Below are positions 9,702 to 20,132 of a stretch of DNA of 64,000 nt, in pieces. A model generated the notes under the pieces. That model saw nothing but the letters and a program-made list of their open reading frames with translations, did not search any database and had not been told where the DNA came from. The position numbers and the translations under genes are program-made. Every line of letters starts with the position of its first letter. Positions within the stretch are counted from its first letter, which is position 1. The stretch lies in NCBI GenBank assembly GCA_049969615.1, contig JBMFOM010000001.1, positions 1 through 64,000 of the forward strand, given 5' to 3'. The DNA is from a candidate division WOR-3 bacterium (GTDB taxonomy: Bacteria > Hydrothermota > Hydrothermia > JBDRYB01).

Positions 9702-10967
9702 TTATCTCCCTACCACGAACACCTGGGTCTCAACCCCCATGACCATTGCGGCATAGACCCCTGGCCCCAGGCCAGAGAGATTTATCCTCTGATCAGACCC
9801 CTCAATGGGATAAGACCTTATCAGCCTGCCGGTCGCGTCATAGACCACAAGACTGCCGGAGCAATCCTTGAGGGAGGCTACCGGGCCTGTCCCTGAATAA
9901 ACGATCCTGAACTGAGGTTCCCTTCCTGCGGCTGTCTCGCCAACCTGGAAGGGACAATTCCCATTCTCGTATGCCATAACAAGGTTTCCCATCGGCCCAG
10001 AGGCCACCAGGTCAGGACACATGTCGTTGTTCAGATCGGCTATGATAACAAGGTCAGCGTCGTATAGGTTGTCTACAATATCTATCATGAATCCACTGCC
10101 AGCGTAATAATAGCATATAACCCAGCCATCGGCCGCCCCAACGGCTATATCGCCGCCTGTGTGCGCGTTCAGCTCGCCCACATCAATGCCCTCGGCGCCA
10201 CCGGCGAGGCCAACGGCTTGCTTTGTAAAACCGCCAAACATGTTGCCCCAATAAACATAGGTGGCTCCTGCGTAGTAATCATTAACGGCTATATCCATGA
10301 AACCATCGTTGTTTATATCCATGGGGCCAACGCCCCAGGCATATTGCAAGGTAGCGTCCTGATAAATGAGCGTGAAGTTCTCTGAGCCATCATTCTTGAA
10401 AACCTGGAACGGGTCGCTCGCGGCTATCTCAAGGTGGCCATCGCCTTCCATGTCAAACAACCTGCAACCATGCGGAGAATAGAGGGACCCCACATATATC
10501 TGGGTAAAAACCCCGGCGCCATCGTTCCTGAACCATAGAACACCTCCACCTGTGCTGGCGGCTATGTCCAGGTCGCCATCCGAGTCAATATCGCCAAGGT
10601 TAACTTCCCACACAGACCCAGATGTGGGAAGGAGCTGGGATGCAAAAGAGGAACCATTGCCGGAATTATAGAATATATAGACACCTGAATAGGAGTAGTC
10701 GCCCGTAACTATGTCTTGGTCGCCATCCCCATCAAGATCGCCAGCATCCACGTAGAGCGGGTAGCTGGCAGAGCCAACATAGTGCTGGGCGAATGTCCAG
10801 AAACCAGAGTTCTCATACCAGTAGACCTGGCTTCCATAAGTGGCGGATATAAGGATGTCCGGCCTACCGTCTCCGTTTATCTCCGCAATAGCAATACCGT
10901 GGGGATAATTCAACCCAGATGCCACGACGTGCGTGGCATAAGCGCCAACAAGGAGCAAAAGGTTCAT
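9702..10967 (-). CDS. FG-GAP/VCBS repeat secreted protein with T9SS-type C-terminal domain
   Basis: Repeated DxDGDGDxDI motifs; C-terminal VYDATGRLI...GPGVY; ATG at 10967 preceded by AGGAGG. Confidence 0.85.
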   Translation of the reverse strand: MNLLLLVGAYATHVVASGLNYPHGIAIAEINGDGRPDILISATYGSQVYWYENSGFWTFAQHYVGSASYPLYVDAGDLDGDGDQDIVTGDYSYSGVYIFYNSGNGSSFASQLLPTSGSVWEVNLGDIDSDGDLDIAASTGGGVLWFRNDGAGVFTQIYVGSLYSPHGCRLFDMEGDGHLEIAASDPFQVFKNDGSENFTLIYQDATLQYAWGVGPMDINNDGFMDIAVNDYYAGATYVYWGNMFGGFTKQAVGLAGGAEGIDVGELNAHTGGDIAVGAADGWVICYYYAGSGFMIDIVDNLYDADLVIIADLNNDMCPDLVASGPMGNLVMAYENGNCPFQVGETAAGREPQFRIVYSGTGPVASLKDCSGSLVVYDATGRLIRSYPIEGSDQRINLSGLGPGVYAAMVMGVETQVFVVGR

Positions 10968-11071
10968 ATCAACCTCCTGACAAAATGATAAAGCCGGGGC
11001 CAGACGGGGATCAAGCGGACGCGTTGCACCCGCCCGATTGGTCACAGTATAATTTAGGTGGAGGTGAACGT

Positions 11072-12571
11072 ATGATATTATTTTGCGTTTTTCTCTTCCA
11101 GGCTTATTGGTGGCCAATGTTTGGCGTTGACCTTCAGAACACCCACCGTATGACGGGCAAAGGCGCGATGACTAGCTCTCCGAGCCAGAAATGGATATAC
11201 ACGGGTTCCTCAAATGATTGGGGAGAGACCGGAGTCTCCGTTTATGATGTCAACAGCGATGGTTTCACTGATGTTCTCACGGCATTCTGGAGTGGTGGCA
11301 CCGACGCGGTCAGGGGTTCCAACGGGACCCGGACATGGGCTGTGAATATAGGCGACGCGTGGAACTCTGTCCCAGCAATAATTGATGTCAACGGCGACGG
11401 GACAAAAGAAGTATACATTGGCTCATGGGGTGACGGAAACCTGTATTGCCTCAATGGGAACACGGGTGCGATTAATTGGACAAGAGCGACAGGCTCTTCG
11501 GTGTGCGAGAGCTCCCCGAAGGTCGCTGACCTAGACAACGACGGGGCATACGAGGTTGTGGTTGGAGCGTGGAGCGGTTATCTGCTCTGTGCGGACGCCA
11601 TAACCGGCGCGCAGGAATGGCAGATCAACCTGGGCGGTGATATAGATCATGCGCCCGCGGTCGCGAACCTTGATGGCGATCCAGCGCTGGAAGTCGTTGT
11701 CGGATCAGGCTCAACCCTTTACTGCAGGGACGGAGCCACAGGGGCCGCGCAGTGGAGCGCGGCGCTCGTTGGGTCATTCGGCTGGGCATCCCCACTCATA
11801 GCGGATGTTGACAACGACGGCTCGCTTGAGGTTGTGGCATCGGCCGGCGGCGTTCTCTACATATATTCGGCAGGCGGAACCCTGGAAAGACAGGTATCCC
11901 TTTCCTCAAGCTCAAATTCCTCTCCGGCAGCGGCGAACATTGACGCTGACCCTGCCCTTGAAATCGTGGTTGGTTCATCAAGCAACATTTATTGCGTTGA
12001 CGGAGTGACGGGCGCTATACAGTGGACATACGCCGTTGGATCAGAGTGTCACCGAGGCCTGGCAATTGCCGACATAAACGGGGACAACGCGCTTGAGATC
12101 ATAGTCCCCAACAGGGGCTCAGAGCTCCTGTGCCTGAGGCCAAATGGAACACTGCTCTGGTCATACACCGCCCCCACATCTGACATACACGACCCCGCGG
12201 TCGCTGATATTGACGATGATAACTGCCTTGAGATAGTGGTCGCCTTGGCCGCCACCACGAACAACCTCCTCGCGCTGGATGACCCCGGCAATGTGTCCGG
12301 ATGTAGTGCGGTGAAAACAGAAGAGGAAACGGCCACACCCGGTATTCAGTTCTCGGCAAGGGCATCCGGGTTATTCCTCGTGCTCCCGGAGGCGACACGG
12401 ATAACCCTTTCTATTTATGATCCCGCTGGGAGAATGGTCTCCAGGCTCTTTGAGGGAGAGTTGCGGCCGGGCGAACACCTTTTCAAACTGCCAGCGCTCC
12501 CCGGCGGAGTCTATATAGGCATCCTGGAATACCCAGAGGGCAGCAAAGCAACAAAGGTGAACATAAGGTAA
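11072..12571 (+). CDS. FG-GAP/PQQ-like beta-propeller secreted protein with T9SS-type C-terminal domain
   Basis: WPMFGVDLQNT; repeats of PAVADLDGDxxLEVVVG...TGAxQW; C-terminal IYDPAGRMV...PGGVY; ATG at 11072 after GGAGGTG. Confidence 0.85.
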   Translation: MILFCVFLFQAYWWPMFGVDLQNTHRMTGKGAMTSSPSQKWIYTGSSNDWGETGVSVYDVNSDGFTDVLTAFWSGGTDAVRGSNGTRTWAVNIGDAWNSVPAIIDVNGDGTKEVYIGSWGDGNLYCLNGNTGAINWTRATGSSVCESSPKVADLDNDGAYEVVVGAWSGYLLCADAITGAQEWQINLGGDIDHAPAVANLDGDPALEVVVGSGSTLYCRDGATGAAQWSAALVGSFGWASPLIADVDNDGSLEVVASAGGVLYIYSAGGTLERQVSLSSSSNSSPAAANIDADPALEIVVGSSSNIYCVDGVTGAIQWTYAVGSECHRGLAIADINGDNALEIIVPNRGSELLCLRPNGTLLWSYTAPTSDIHDPAVADIDDDNCLEIVVALAATTNNLLALDDPGNVSGCSAVKTEEETATPGIQFSARASGLFLVLPEATRITLSIYDPAGRMVSRLFEGELRPGEHLFKLPALPGGVYIGILEYPEGSKATKVNIR

Positions 12572-12601
12572 GTAGGCAGTCGCCTGGATTATACTTTGTG
12601 A

Positions 12602-14395
12602 GTGTTCAAGAGGACTCATACCTGTGGTGATCTGAGGAAAACCGACGATGGAAAGGAAGTATGTCTTGCTGGCTGGGTCAGAAGGATCAGGGACCTGGGG
12701 GGACTGACCTTTGTTGATCTGAGGGATAGATACGGTAGGACACAGGTGGTTTTTGAGACGCCGGACCTTGCCGAAAAGGCAAAATCCCTAGGTAGGGAGT
12801 TTTTCATAGGGGTTTTAGGCAGGGTTCGCATGAGGCCCGAGAAGGACAGAAACCCAGAAATGCCCACCGGAGATGTGGAGGTCGTGGCAACAGACCTCAG
12901 CGTTCTCGGCAAATCAAAAACTCCCCCTTTTCTCATTGAGGACGAGACTGACGCGGCCGAGGATCTGAGGCTCAGATACCGTTATCTTGATCTCAGGAGG
13001 CCACGGATGATCCGGAACCTGAAAGTGAGGAACCAGGCCGCGGCCATAGTTAGGACATACCTCTGGGAGAAGGGGTTCCTTGAGATAGAAACGCCCCTCC
13101 TTGCAAAAAGCACCCCTGAGGGGGCAAGGGATTTTCTCGTGCCGTGCCGATTACAAAGGGGGAAGTTCTACGCCCTTCCGCAATCTCCGCAGATATACAA
13201 GCAGATCCTCACCATAGCAGGGGTTGACAGGTATTTTCAGATAGTCAAGTGTCTCAGGGACGAGGACCTTCGGGCTGACCGACAACCTGAGTTCACCCAG
13301 ATTGACATTGAGATGGCACTTGCCACGCCCGAAGCGGTCTATGAGCTGGTTGAGGGGTTCATGAGGAGGCTATTCGGAGAGATTCTCGGTGTTGACCTCA
13401 GGCCGCCTTTCCCAAGGCTGAGCTACGCGGAGGCAATGGCTAGGTATGGCTCCGACAAGCCAGATCTCAGGTTTGACATGGAGCTCCAGGATCTAACCGA
13501 GACCTACCGCGGCAAGGGCTTTGGCATCCTGGATAAATCCATAGCTAGTGGCGGCACGATCATTGGGATTGAGGTCCCGTGCGAGCTATCCCGAAAAGAA
13601 ATTGAGGATCACGCCGCTTTCATCCAGAGCCTTGGCGCGGGAGGACTTCTCTGGTTCAAACCGCCGGAATCTGGGCCCTTGGCCAAATACACTGAGAAAG
13701 GCCTGATCAAAGATGGAAACACGCTTTTGGTTATAGCTGGACAGGCCCCTACCGTTCAGGGAATTGCCGGCGCACTGAGGCTCAGGGTCGCAAAAAGTAA
13801 GAACATCATCCCCCAGAACGAGTATAAAACACTATGGGTTCAGGATTTTCCTCTATTTGAGTGGAACCGTGAAGAGGGCCGTGTTCAGCCCATGCACCAT
13901 GTCTTTACAACGCCCAACCCGGATGACGTGGACATGTTGGTGGAACTGGAGGACCTTGTTTTGCAAGCAGCTAGCCAACGCTGGGAACCGGGCGAAACCC
14001 CCGGTGCGCTTAGCCGGCTCCTATGGGGCATAAGGGGCCTTCAATATGACCTGGTCATAAATGGCGCAGAGCTCGGCTCAGGTTCCATCCGTTGCCATGA
14101 CCCAGAGCTCCAAAGGAGGCTTCTGAGAATCGCTGGCCTCAACCCGGAGAATTTTTCGTTCCTGCTTGAGGCGCTTGAATATGGCGCTCCTCCACATGGC
14201 GGCATCGCAATGGGCTTTGACAGAATAGTGGCGATGCTCTGCGGCGAGGAAAGCATAAGGGAGGTGATAGCATTTCCGAAAACAACATCGGGTTCTGGCC
14301 TGATGGAAGGCTCTCCATCGGAAGTGGAAGAAGGCCAGCTGAGGGAGCTGGGGATCAGGCTTGAAGAGGGCAAAAAACAATGTGACCCTGGATAA
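12602..14395 (+). CDS. aspS: Aspartate--tRNA ligase
   Basis: RTHTCG, RDLGGLTFVDLRD, STPEGARDF, LPQSPQ, RDEDLRADRQPEFTQID, GAPPHGGIAMGFDR. Confidence 0.97.
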   Translation: MFKRTHTCGDLRKTDDGKEVCLAGWVRRIRDLGGLTFVDLRDRYGRTQVVFETPDLAEKAKSLGREFFIGVLGRVRMRPEKDRNPEMPTGDVEVVATDLSVLGKSKTPPFLIEDETDAAEDLRLRYRYLDLRRPRMIRNLKVRNQAAAIVRTYLWEKGFLEIETPLLAKSTPEGARDFLVPCRLQRGKFYALPQSPQIYKQILTIAGVDRYFQIVKCLRDEDLRADRQPEFTQIDIEMALATPEAVYELVEGFMRRLFGEILGVDLRPPFPRLSYAEAMARYGSDKPDLRFDMELQDLTETYRGKGFGILDKSIASGGTIIGIEVPCELSRKEIEDHAAFIQSLGAGGLLWFKPPESGPLAKYTEKGLIKDGNTLLVIAGQAPTVQGIAGALRLRVAKSKNIIPQNEYKTLWVQDFPLFEWNREEGRVQPMHHVFTTPNPDDVDMLVELEDLVLQAASQRWEPGETPGALSRLLWGIRGLQYDLVINGAELGSGSIRCHDPELQRRLLRIAGLNPENFSFLLEALEYGAPPHGGIAMGFDRIVAMLCGEESIREVIAFPKTTSGSGLMEGSPSEVEEGQLRELGIRLEEGKKQCDPG

Positions 14396-14464
14396 TCCTG
14401 GGAACCTGACAACTAAGACAAGCGGCGAGGGTATGTATATGCGCATTTCTGGCTACAGATTCCT

Positions 14465-14625
14465 TTATTCGTGATCCTTTCCTCAAATGGTCTCGGAATG
14501 CCCGTGGCTCTTGTTATAACTTGAGAAGCTCAATTTTTGCTCCGAAACCCGTCAAACCCTTACTCCAACTTGCGATAGGGCCAAGAAAGGCCAGCCGGGA
14601 AGAATCACTGCCGGTGGCCAAACTG
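14465..14625 (-). repeat. Dispersed intergenic repeat family A, copy 2
   Basis: Reverse complement aligns with 9552-9690 and 43770-43867. Confidence 0.85.
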
Positions 14626-14660
14626 GCAAAGGATGAAACCTGGCCCTTATAATATTCAGG

Positions 14661-15002
14661 ATGACTTCTCTTGATGTGTTATGGCTAGCCGTGGCCTTCT
14701 CGGTAATCCTCTTGGCCATAGGGCTTTTCGTGGTCCTACTTGAACTCAGGAACCTTTTCAGGGACAGCAGAGATACAGTTAGGATAACCAACTCAGAGCT
14801 ACCAACGATCCTGAAAAACCTGGCCAGGGCAACCGAGGAAATGGAAAGGGCCGTGGCCAACATTAACACAGTAACGGGCGGGCTTGCATCGGTCTCCGGC
14901 GTCATCTCTTCCATATCTGAGAAACTGAAGGGAGGATGGTTTGGAACAGGCCTGGCCGCTGGGATTGACCTCATCAGAAATCTATTCAAACGGAGGAAAT
15001 AG
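14661..15002 (+). CDS. DUF948 (YoxC-like) membrane protein
   Basis: N-terminal TM helix then amphipathic coiled coil; directly upstream of a YtxH gene as in the known pair. Confidence 0.7.
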   Translation: MTSLDVLWLAVAFSVILLAIGLFVVLLELRNLFRDSRDTVRITNSELPTILKNLARATEEMERAVANINTVTGGLASVSGVISSISEKLKGGWFGTGLAAGIDLIRNLFKRRK

Positions 15003-15004
15003 AA

Positions 15005-15226
15005 ATGAGCGACAGGGGCAGTTCAACTGGATGGGCCCTGGCTAGTTTTGCCCTGGGAGTTATAGTTGGAGCCGCTATAGGCGTGCTTCTCGCCCCAGCT
15101 TCCGGAGAGGAAACCAGAGAGCGCCTGAAGGAAACCCTTGATAAAGCCAAGGAAAAGGGCAAAGAGCTTGTTGATAGGGCAAGGGAAAAGCTTTTTGAGC
15201 AGGAAGGCGAGGAAGAAGAGATATAA
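15005..15226 (+). CDS. YtxH domain protein
   Basis: FALGVIVGAAIGVLLAPASGEETRERL. Confidence 0.9.
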   Translation: MSDRGSSTGWALASFALGVIVGAAIGVLLAPASGEETRERLKETLDKAKEKGKELVDRAREKLFEQEGEEEEI

Positions 15227-15260
15227 AATGGGATCACCCTGATCCCAACCGAGGAGAACC

Positions 15261-16250
15261 ATGCTCATAGGGATAAACGGATTCGGCCGGGTTGGCCGGC
15301 AGGTTTTTAAGATAGCCCTTGAGAGAGGGCACAGGATAGCGGGCATCAACGACCTCTTTGATGCTCCGATTCTCGCGCAACTCCTAAAATACGACTCGGT
15401 CTATGGCAAATACAACAGGAAGGTTGAGGCGGGAGACGGATTCATTTCCGTTGACGGCGTGAAGTATCCCGTGACAGCGCACAAAGACCCAAAAGAGATA
15501 CCCTGGGGTGAATGGAAGGCCGATATGGTCATTGAGGCCTCAGGGGCATTCAGGTCAAAGGACAAGGCCGGCGCGCACCTCCGGGACACGGTGAAAAAGG
15601 TCATAATCACCGCTCCCGCAAAGGGTGAGATAGACGCGACCTTTGTCATGGGTTGCAACGAGCACAGCTATGACCCACAGAAACATCACATAGTCTCCAA
15701 CGCTTCATGCACGACGAACGCGTTCGCACACATGGTCCGCGTCATAAAGGAACGGTTCGGGATAAAGAGGGGCCTCATGACAACGGTCCACGCCTACACC
15801 AATGACCAGCGCATCCTGGATGCGCCGCACAAGGACCTCAGACGAGCCCGCACAGCAGGGGTCTCAATAATACCGACATCAACCGGCGCGGCTAAGGCAA
15901 TAACCATAATATATCCGGATCTCAAGGGCAAGCTTGACGCGGTCGCGCTCAGGGTCCCCACGCAGGATGCCTCGCTGGTGGATTTCGCGGTTGAGGTTGA
16001 GAGGCCCACGACAGCAGAGGAAATAAACGATGCCTTCCGCGCCTATTCCGAGGCAAACCCGAAATACATGGGCGTAGCAGAGGACGAGCTCGTGTCCATA
16101 GACATAGTTGGCGAGCGCAGGTCGGTTCTCATTGACCCGTTCCTCACCCAGGTCGTTGATGGAACCATGGTCAAGGTCTTCGGCTGGTATGACAACGAAT
16201 GGGGTTATTCGGAGAGGGTTGTTGACCTTGCCGAATATATATTGAAATAA
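15261..16250 (+). CDS. gap: Glyceraldehyde-3-phosphate dehydrogenase type I
   Basis: GINGFGRVGR, SNASCTTN, TGAAKA, WYDNEWGYS. Confidence 0.97.
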   Translation: MLIGINGFGRVGRQVFKIALERGHRIAGINDLFDAPILAQLLKYDSVYGKYNRKVEAGDGFISVDGVKYPVTAHKDPKEIPWGEWKADMVIEASGAFRSKDKAGAHLRDTVKKVIITAPAKGEIDATFVMGCNEHSYDPQKHHIVSNASCTTNAFAHMVRVIKERFGIKRGLMTTVHAYTNDQRILDAPHKDLRRARTAGVSIIPTSTGAAKAITIIYPDLKGKLDAVALRVPTQDASLVDFAVEVERPTTAEEINDAFRAYSEANPKYMGVAEDELVSIDIVGERRSVLIDPFLTQVVDGTMVKVFGWYDNEWGYSERVVDLAEYILK

Positions 16251-16252
16251 CT

Positions 16253-17599
16253 TTGATAGCCTCTTGGAAACCAGGGAGGGATGTTCGTTATCATCCCTCC
16301 CTTTCTTCTGCCCTCGCGACTGGCGCGCCGCTCATCCTAGCCATGGACGCCGGAACCTTCCCGTTTCAGGGTGCGCTTGACCGTTTCCTTTCTGAGCTTA
16401 AGAAATCCGGTGTCTCCCTCGCCTACTCTTCATACGAGACGGACGCCGGATTAGTCGCCGCCATCCCCTTCAACGGCGACATAACAGAGAGGTTTCCCTT
16501 TGGCCCAATAAGGGCGTATCTCTCCGAAAACCTAATGAAGACTAGGGCCAAGAGATTCGCGCACGCCTGGGAATACCAGGCAAGGCTCGTGCTTGAGGAA
16601 GCCGGACTACTCCCCCGCCCCATCGCGGAACCCCTTTATTTTTACGAGCCTCACCTGAGACCAAGGCCGGATCTCAGGGAATACTGGGACGGGAAATCTA
16701 TAGAAAATCAGGACCTCTGGGAATCCTTCGCATACCTGAATTATCCGCCGGAAAGAGACGCGGAGCTCCGTGAGGTCTTCTGTGATATGCTCAGAAGGCG
16801 CGGCGCGTTCCTGGAGGATTTTGAGCCAGAGCGAACCTTCCCCTCTGGCAAGGGGGAAAACGACCTCATGGCCTCGGTCTTGATACCCGTCCGCAACAGG
16901 GAAAAATTCATAGGCCACGCGATAGAATCCGCGTTGGCCCAGGATTTCCGTAATTACGAAGTCATAGTCATTGACAACGCTTCCGAGGACAAGACAAGGG
17001 ATATTGTGAGGGGTTTCAGGGATCCTATGCTCCGGCTTATTGAAAATCCAATGGGTTCCATCGCTTTGGCTTTGAACACGGGCCTGGCAGCCGCGAGGGG
17101 AAAATATATTCTGCAGTTGGACTCGGACGACGCCTACACCAAAGAAACCATAGGGACAATGGTGGAATTCATGGAAGCAAACCCCAGCTGTGGCCTCGGT
17201 ATATCATATTACCAGATAACCGACGAGAACATGAATCCCATTCCAAACGGAATAGTAAAACACCTTGAATACGACCGAAACAACATCCTGAGGTGCGAGG
17301 GTGCTGGTGCGGTCAGGTGTTGGCGAAGGGAAGTCCTCCTGGAAATAGGCGGTTTTGACGAGGAGTTCGGAATGTATGGCGAGGATTATGACGCTATCCT
17401 CAAGGTCTCGGAGAGATACGAGGTAGGCCGGGTTCATGAGGTTCTATATTATTACAGGAGACACGGGGGATCGCAAGATGTCATCCAGTCAAGGGTTGAC
17501 AAGCTCAACTCCAAAACCCGTATAAGACTCAGGGCACTAGAGAGAAGAAAGGCGCTTGTTAGGAATCGTGAAAACAAAGGAAATCCCAAAAGCCCTTGA
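16253..17599 (+). CDS. Glycosyltransferase family 2
   Basis: SVLIPVRNRE, VIDNASED, QLDSDD, YGEDYD. Confidence 0.85.
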   Translation: MIASWKPGRDVRYHPSLSSALATGAPLILAMDAGTFPFQGALDRFLSELKKSGVSLAYSSYETDAGLVAAIPFNGDITERFPFGPIRAYLSENLMKTRAKRFAHAWEYQARLVLEEAGLLPRPIAEPLYFYEPHLRPRPDLREYWDGKSIENQDLWESFAYLNYPPERDAELREVFCDMLRRRGAFLEDFEPERTFPSGKGENDLMASVLIPVRNREKFIGHAIESALAQDFRNYEVIVIDNASEDKTRDIVRGFRDPMLRLIENPMGSIALALNTGLAAARGKYILQLDSDDAYTKETIGTMVEFMEANPSCGLGISYYQITDENMNPIPNGIVKHLEYDRNNILRCEGAGAVRCWRREVLLEIGGFDEEFGMYGEDYDAILKVSERYEVGRVHEVLYYYRRHGGSQDVIQSRVDKLNSKTRIRLRALERRKALVRNRENKGNPKSP

Positions 17600-18212
17600 G
17601 GCCAGATACGGCAGGCCGAGGCGAATGCCGAGACCATTGCTGGACTGCCTAGTGAAAACCATCCTGTCCCAGAACACCACGGATAAACTGAGGGACGAGG
17701 CTTACTCCCGGCTCACGGAAAGATTTGCATCCTGGGAGAAAATGCGCGAGGCCCGCGTTTCGGAAATAACCCATGCTATCCGGGTCTCAGGCCTTCACGA
17801 GCAGAAAACGGAGGCAATAAAAGCGCTCTTGGAAATGGCCTCGGAGCACGATTATGACCTCTCCTTCATATGCAAAATGGGACCGGCACAGGCATATGCG
17901 CTCCTCAGGGGCATAAAGGGTATAGGGGACAAAACCGCGAAGGTCTGCCTACTGTTTTCGTGCGGAATGCCCTTCTTCCCCGTGGACACACACATAGCGA
18001 GGGTGACGAGAAGGCTCGGCCTTGCTGACGAGAAGTGGACGAGGGAAAGGATTTCACGGTGCTTGGAGGAGCTCTTTGAGTCCGGAGATTACTATGCCCT
18101 ACACATCAACCTGATAGAGCTTGGCCGCGAGCTCTGCAGGCCGCGTGGCCCAAAATGCGGGGAGTGCCCGATCAGAAAGGCCTGCAAATACGCCAGAACA
18201 ACAGACTCCTGA
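17568..18212 (+). CDS. nth: Endonuclease III family HhH-GPD glycosylase
   Basis: ILSQNTTD, GIGDKTA, PVDTH, CRPRGPKCGECPIRKAC 4Fe-4S motif; start GTG at 17568 or TTG at 17556. Confidence 0.88.
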   Translation: MKTKEIPKALEARYGRPRRMPRPLLDCLVKTILSQNTTDKLRDEAYSRLTERFASWEKMREARVSEITHAIRVSGLHEQKTEAIKALLEMASEHDYDLSFICKMGPAQAYALLRGIKGIGDKTAKVCLLFSCGMPFFPVDTHIARVTRRLGLADEKWTRERISRCLEELFESGDYYALHINLIELGRELCRPRGPKCGECPIRKACKYARTTDS

Positions 18213-18213
18213 G

Positions 18214-19236
18214 ATGACCCTACTCGCGCTCCTCTCCACCCGATTGCTCCTGGTTGCGACAGGGGACGCGCTCATGCACCAGCCGGTCCAGCGCTGTGCG
18301 GCTGATAGCGGCTATGATTTCCTATATGAGAAAGTGGCACCAATAATACGCTGGGCTGATCTGGGTTTTGTCAACATGGAGTTTCCGGTCGCACCGAAAA
18401 CCGGAAAACCGCCGAGACCCTTTGTTTTCAACGCGAATCCGGAGGCCACGGCCGCGCTCGCCGGAGCCGGGTTTACGGTTTTCAACCTGGCAAACAATCA
18501 TATGTTCGATCAAGGCCCCCAGGGCCTTTCCGAAACCTGTTTCTATATGGATTCCCTGAACCTGGGTTTCGTGGGCGCGGGGAGAAACGCCCAAGAAGCC
18601 AGGAGGCCACTAATAATTGAGCAAAACGGGGTAAAGGTTGCATTTCTGGCTTACACGACCGTGCTCAACATGGCGGGCAATTCGGATAACCCCGTAAAAC
18701 CACGGGTTAACATGTTTGACCAGGCCTCTACATTGGAAGACATCTCGCGGATCAGGGATTCGGTTGACTTTATAGTTGTATCCCTGCACTGGGGAACGGA
18801 ATATGTCAATGAGCCAACATCCCAGCAAAAAGCAATTGCTCGCCAGCTTTGCGATGCTGGTGCTGATGTCATCCTTGGCCACCATCCCCATGTCCTCGGC
18901 CCGGTTGAGGGATACAGCGCGGCCGATGGCCGCGCATGCGTGATAGCATACAGCTTGGGAAATTTCATATCCAATCAGGGGCGAAACTACAGCCTGGACC
19001 AACCGATTGAGAAAGGAGACCCCCGGGATGGGGTCCTCCTATACATTGGCCTTGTCGTTGACAGCACGGGAAAGCGCTTGGACGGCCCATGGGCGGTTCC
19101 ATTGTGGACAGAGAACCGGAACGGGGTCATAAGGCCATGGCCAGCCGAAATGTTCCGAGCGCGGGAGCCGGACCTCATCCGCGTGAGATGGAAAAGGGTC
19201 TGGGAGGTGCTGGGCCTGCCGGAGAGCAGGAAGTAG
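18214..19236 (+). CDS. CapA/poly-gamma-glutamate synthesis family metallophosphoesterase
   Basis: TGD, VNME, NLANNHMFDQG, SLHWGTEY, GHHPHV, YSLGNFIS. Confidence 0.9.
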   Translation: MTLLALLSTRLLLVATGDALMHQPVQRCAADSGYDFLYEKVAPIIRWADLGFVNMEFPVAPKTGKPPRPFVFNANPEATAALAGAGFTVFNLANNHMFDQGPQGLSETCFYMDSLNLGFVGAGRNAQEARRPLIIEQNGVKVAFLAYTTVLNMAGNSDNPVKPRVNMFDQASTLEDISRIRDSVDFIVVSLHWGTEYVNEPTSQQKAIARQLCDAGADVILGHHPHVLGPVEGYSAADGRACVIAYSLGNFISNQGRNYSLDQPIEKGDPRDGVLLYIGLVVDSTGKRLDGPWAVPLWTENRNGVIRPWPAEMFRAREPDLIRVRWKRVWEVLGLPESRK

Positions 19237-19259
19237 CGAAAGTTTGTCATCGTCGCTTC

Positions 19260-20132
19260 TTACTCCTCCCTGAACGTCATCGGCAAAATCACCAGCCCTC
19301 CATCACAGCCAGCATACAGGAATTGCCCTACCGCCAGCGCATTTACCCTTTCCTTGCCTGTCTCAGTCTCCACGAGCTTCTTCCCTTCCCGCCACGCCTG
19401 GACGAGTCCAGCCCTTGTCCCCACGAAAAGGGTCTTGCCGTCCGGGGAAAAGGCCAGCGCGGTCACAGTGTCCTCTATATCAATTGCTGGCCCTGCCTGC
19501 CATGTTCCGACACGAAACGAGAGAACAGAGCAGTCTTCAGCAAAGACAAGGGTATTCCCGTCTGGTGAAAAGGCGCAAGCATAGTGTTTCACGGGACTCC
19601 AGACATCAAAGACCTTAACCTTCTCAAGCCGTTGAAGGTCCCAAACCTCGCATGTCCAGCCCTGATAGCCTATGAAAAACCACTGCCCATCAGGCGAAAC
19701 CGCCGCGCAGGCCGGAACCAGGTTGACATCCTGACCCGTGTATCTTAGCTGCTTTCTGAGCTTGCGCTTGCGGAAATCCCAGAGCCGGATGCGACAGCTT
19801 GCGTCCGTTGAGACAACCTCCTTGCCGTCTCCCCTAAAAAACGCTGAATAGACTATCAGGTGAGGTTCAACCGGCAACGCTTTTGCCACACCAAGGGCCT
19901 CCGCGCACCAGACACCAATCTTGCCCTGACCAGCAGACAAAAGGGTATCACTCATGAAATCAAGGGAATAGACCTTGTCATCATGGCAAGCACGGGAGGC
20001 AATTGAGGCCCCGGTGGCCGGATCGTATATCCTGATGAAGCCGTCGGAAAAGCCAACGGCGAGATATTTCTCATCACCAGAGAGTGCGAGGGCTGTCACG
20101 GCCTGGGAGATAAAAATGGCCACTATGACCAT
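19260..20132 (-). CDS. WD40 repeat protein
   Basis: Repeated AFSPDG...IRLWD motifs. Confidence 0.85.
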   Translation of the reverse strand: MVIVAIFISQAVTALALSGDEKYLAVGFSDGFIRIYDPATGASIASRACHDDKVYSLDFMSDTLLSAGQGKIGVWCAEALGVAKALPVEPHLIVYSAFFRGDGKEVVSTDASCRIRLWDFRKRKLRKQLRYTGQDVNLVPACAAVSPDGQWFFIGYQGWTCEVWDLQRLEKVKVFDVWSPVKHYACAFSPDGNTLVFAEDCSVLSFRVGTWQAGPAIDIEDTVTALAFSPDGKTLFVGTRAGLVQAWREGKKLVETETGKERVNALAVGQFLYAGCDGGLVILPMTFREE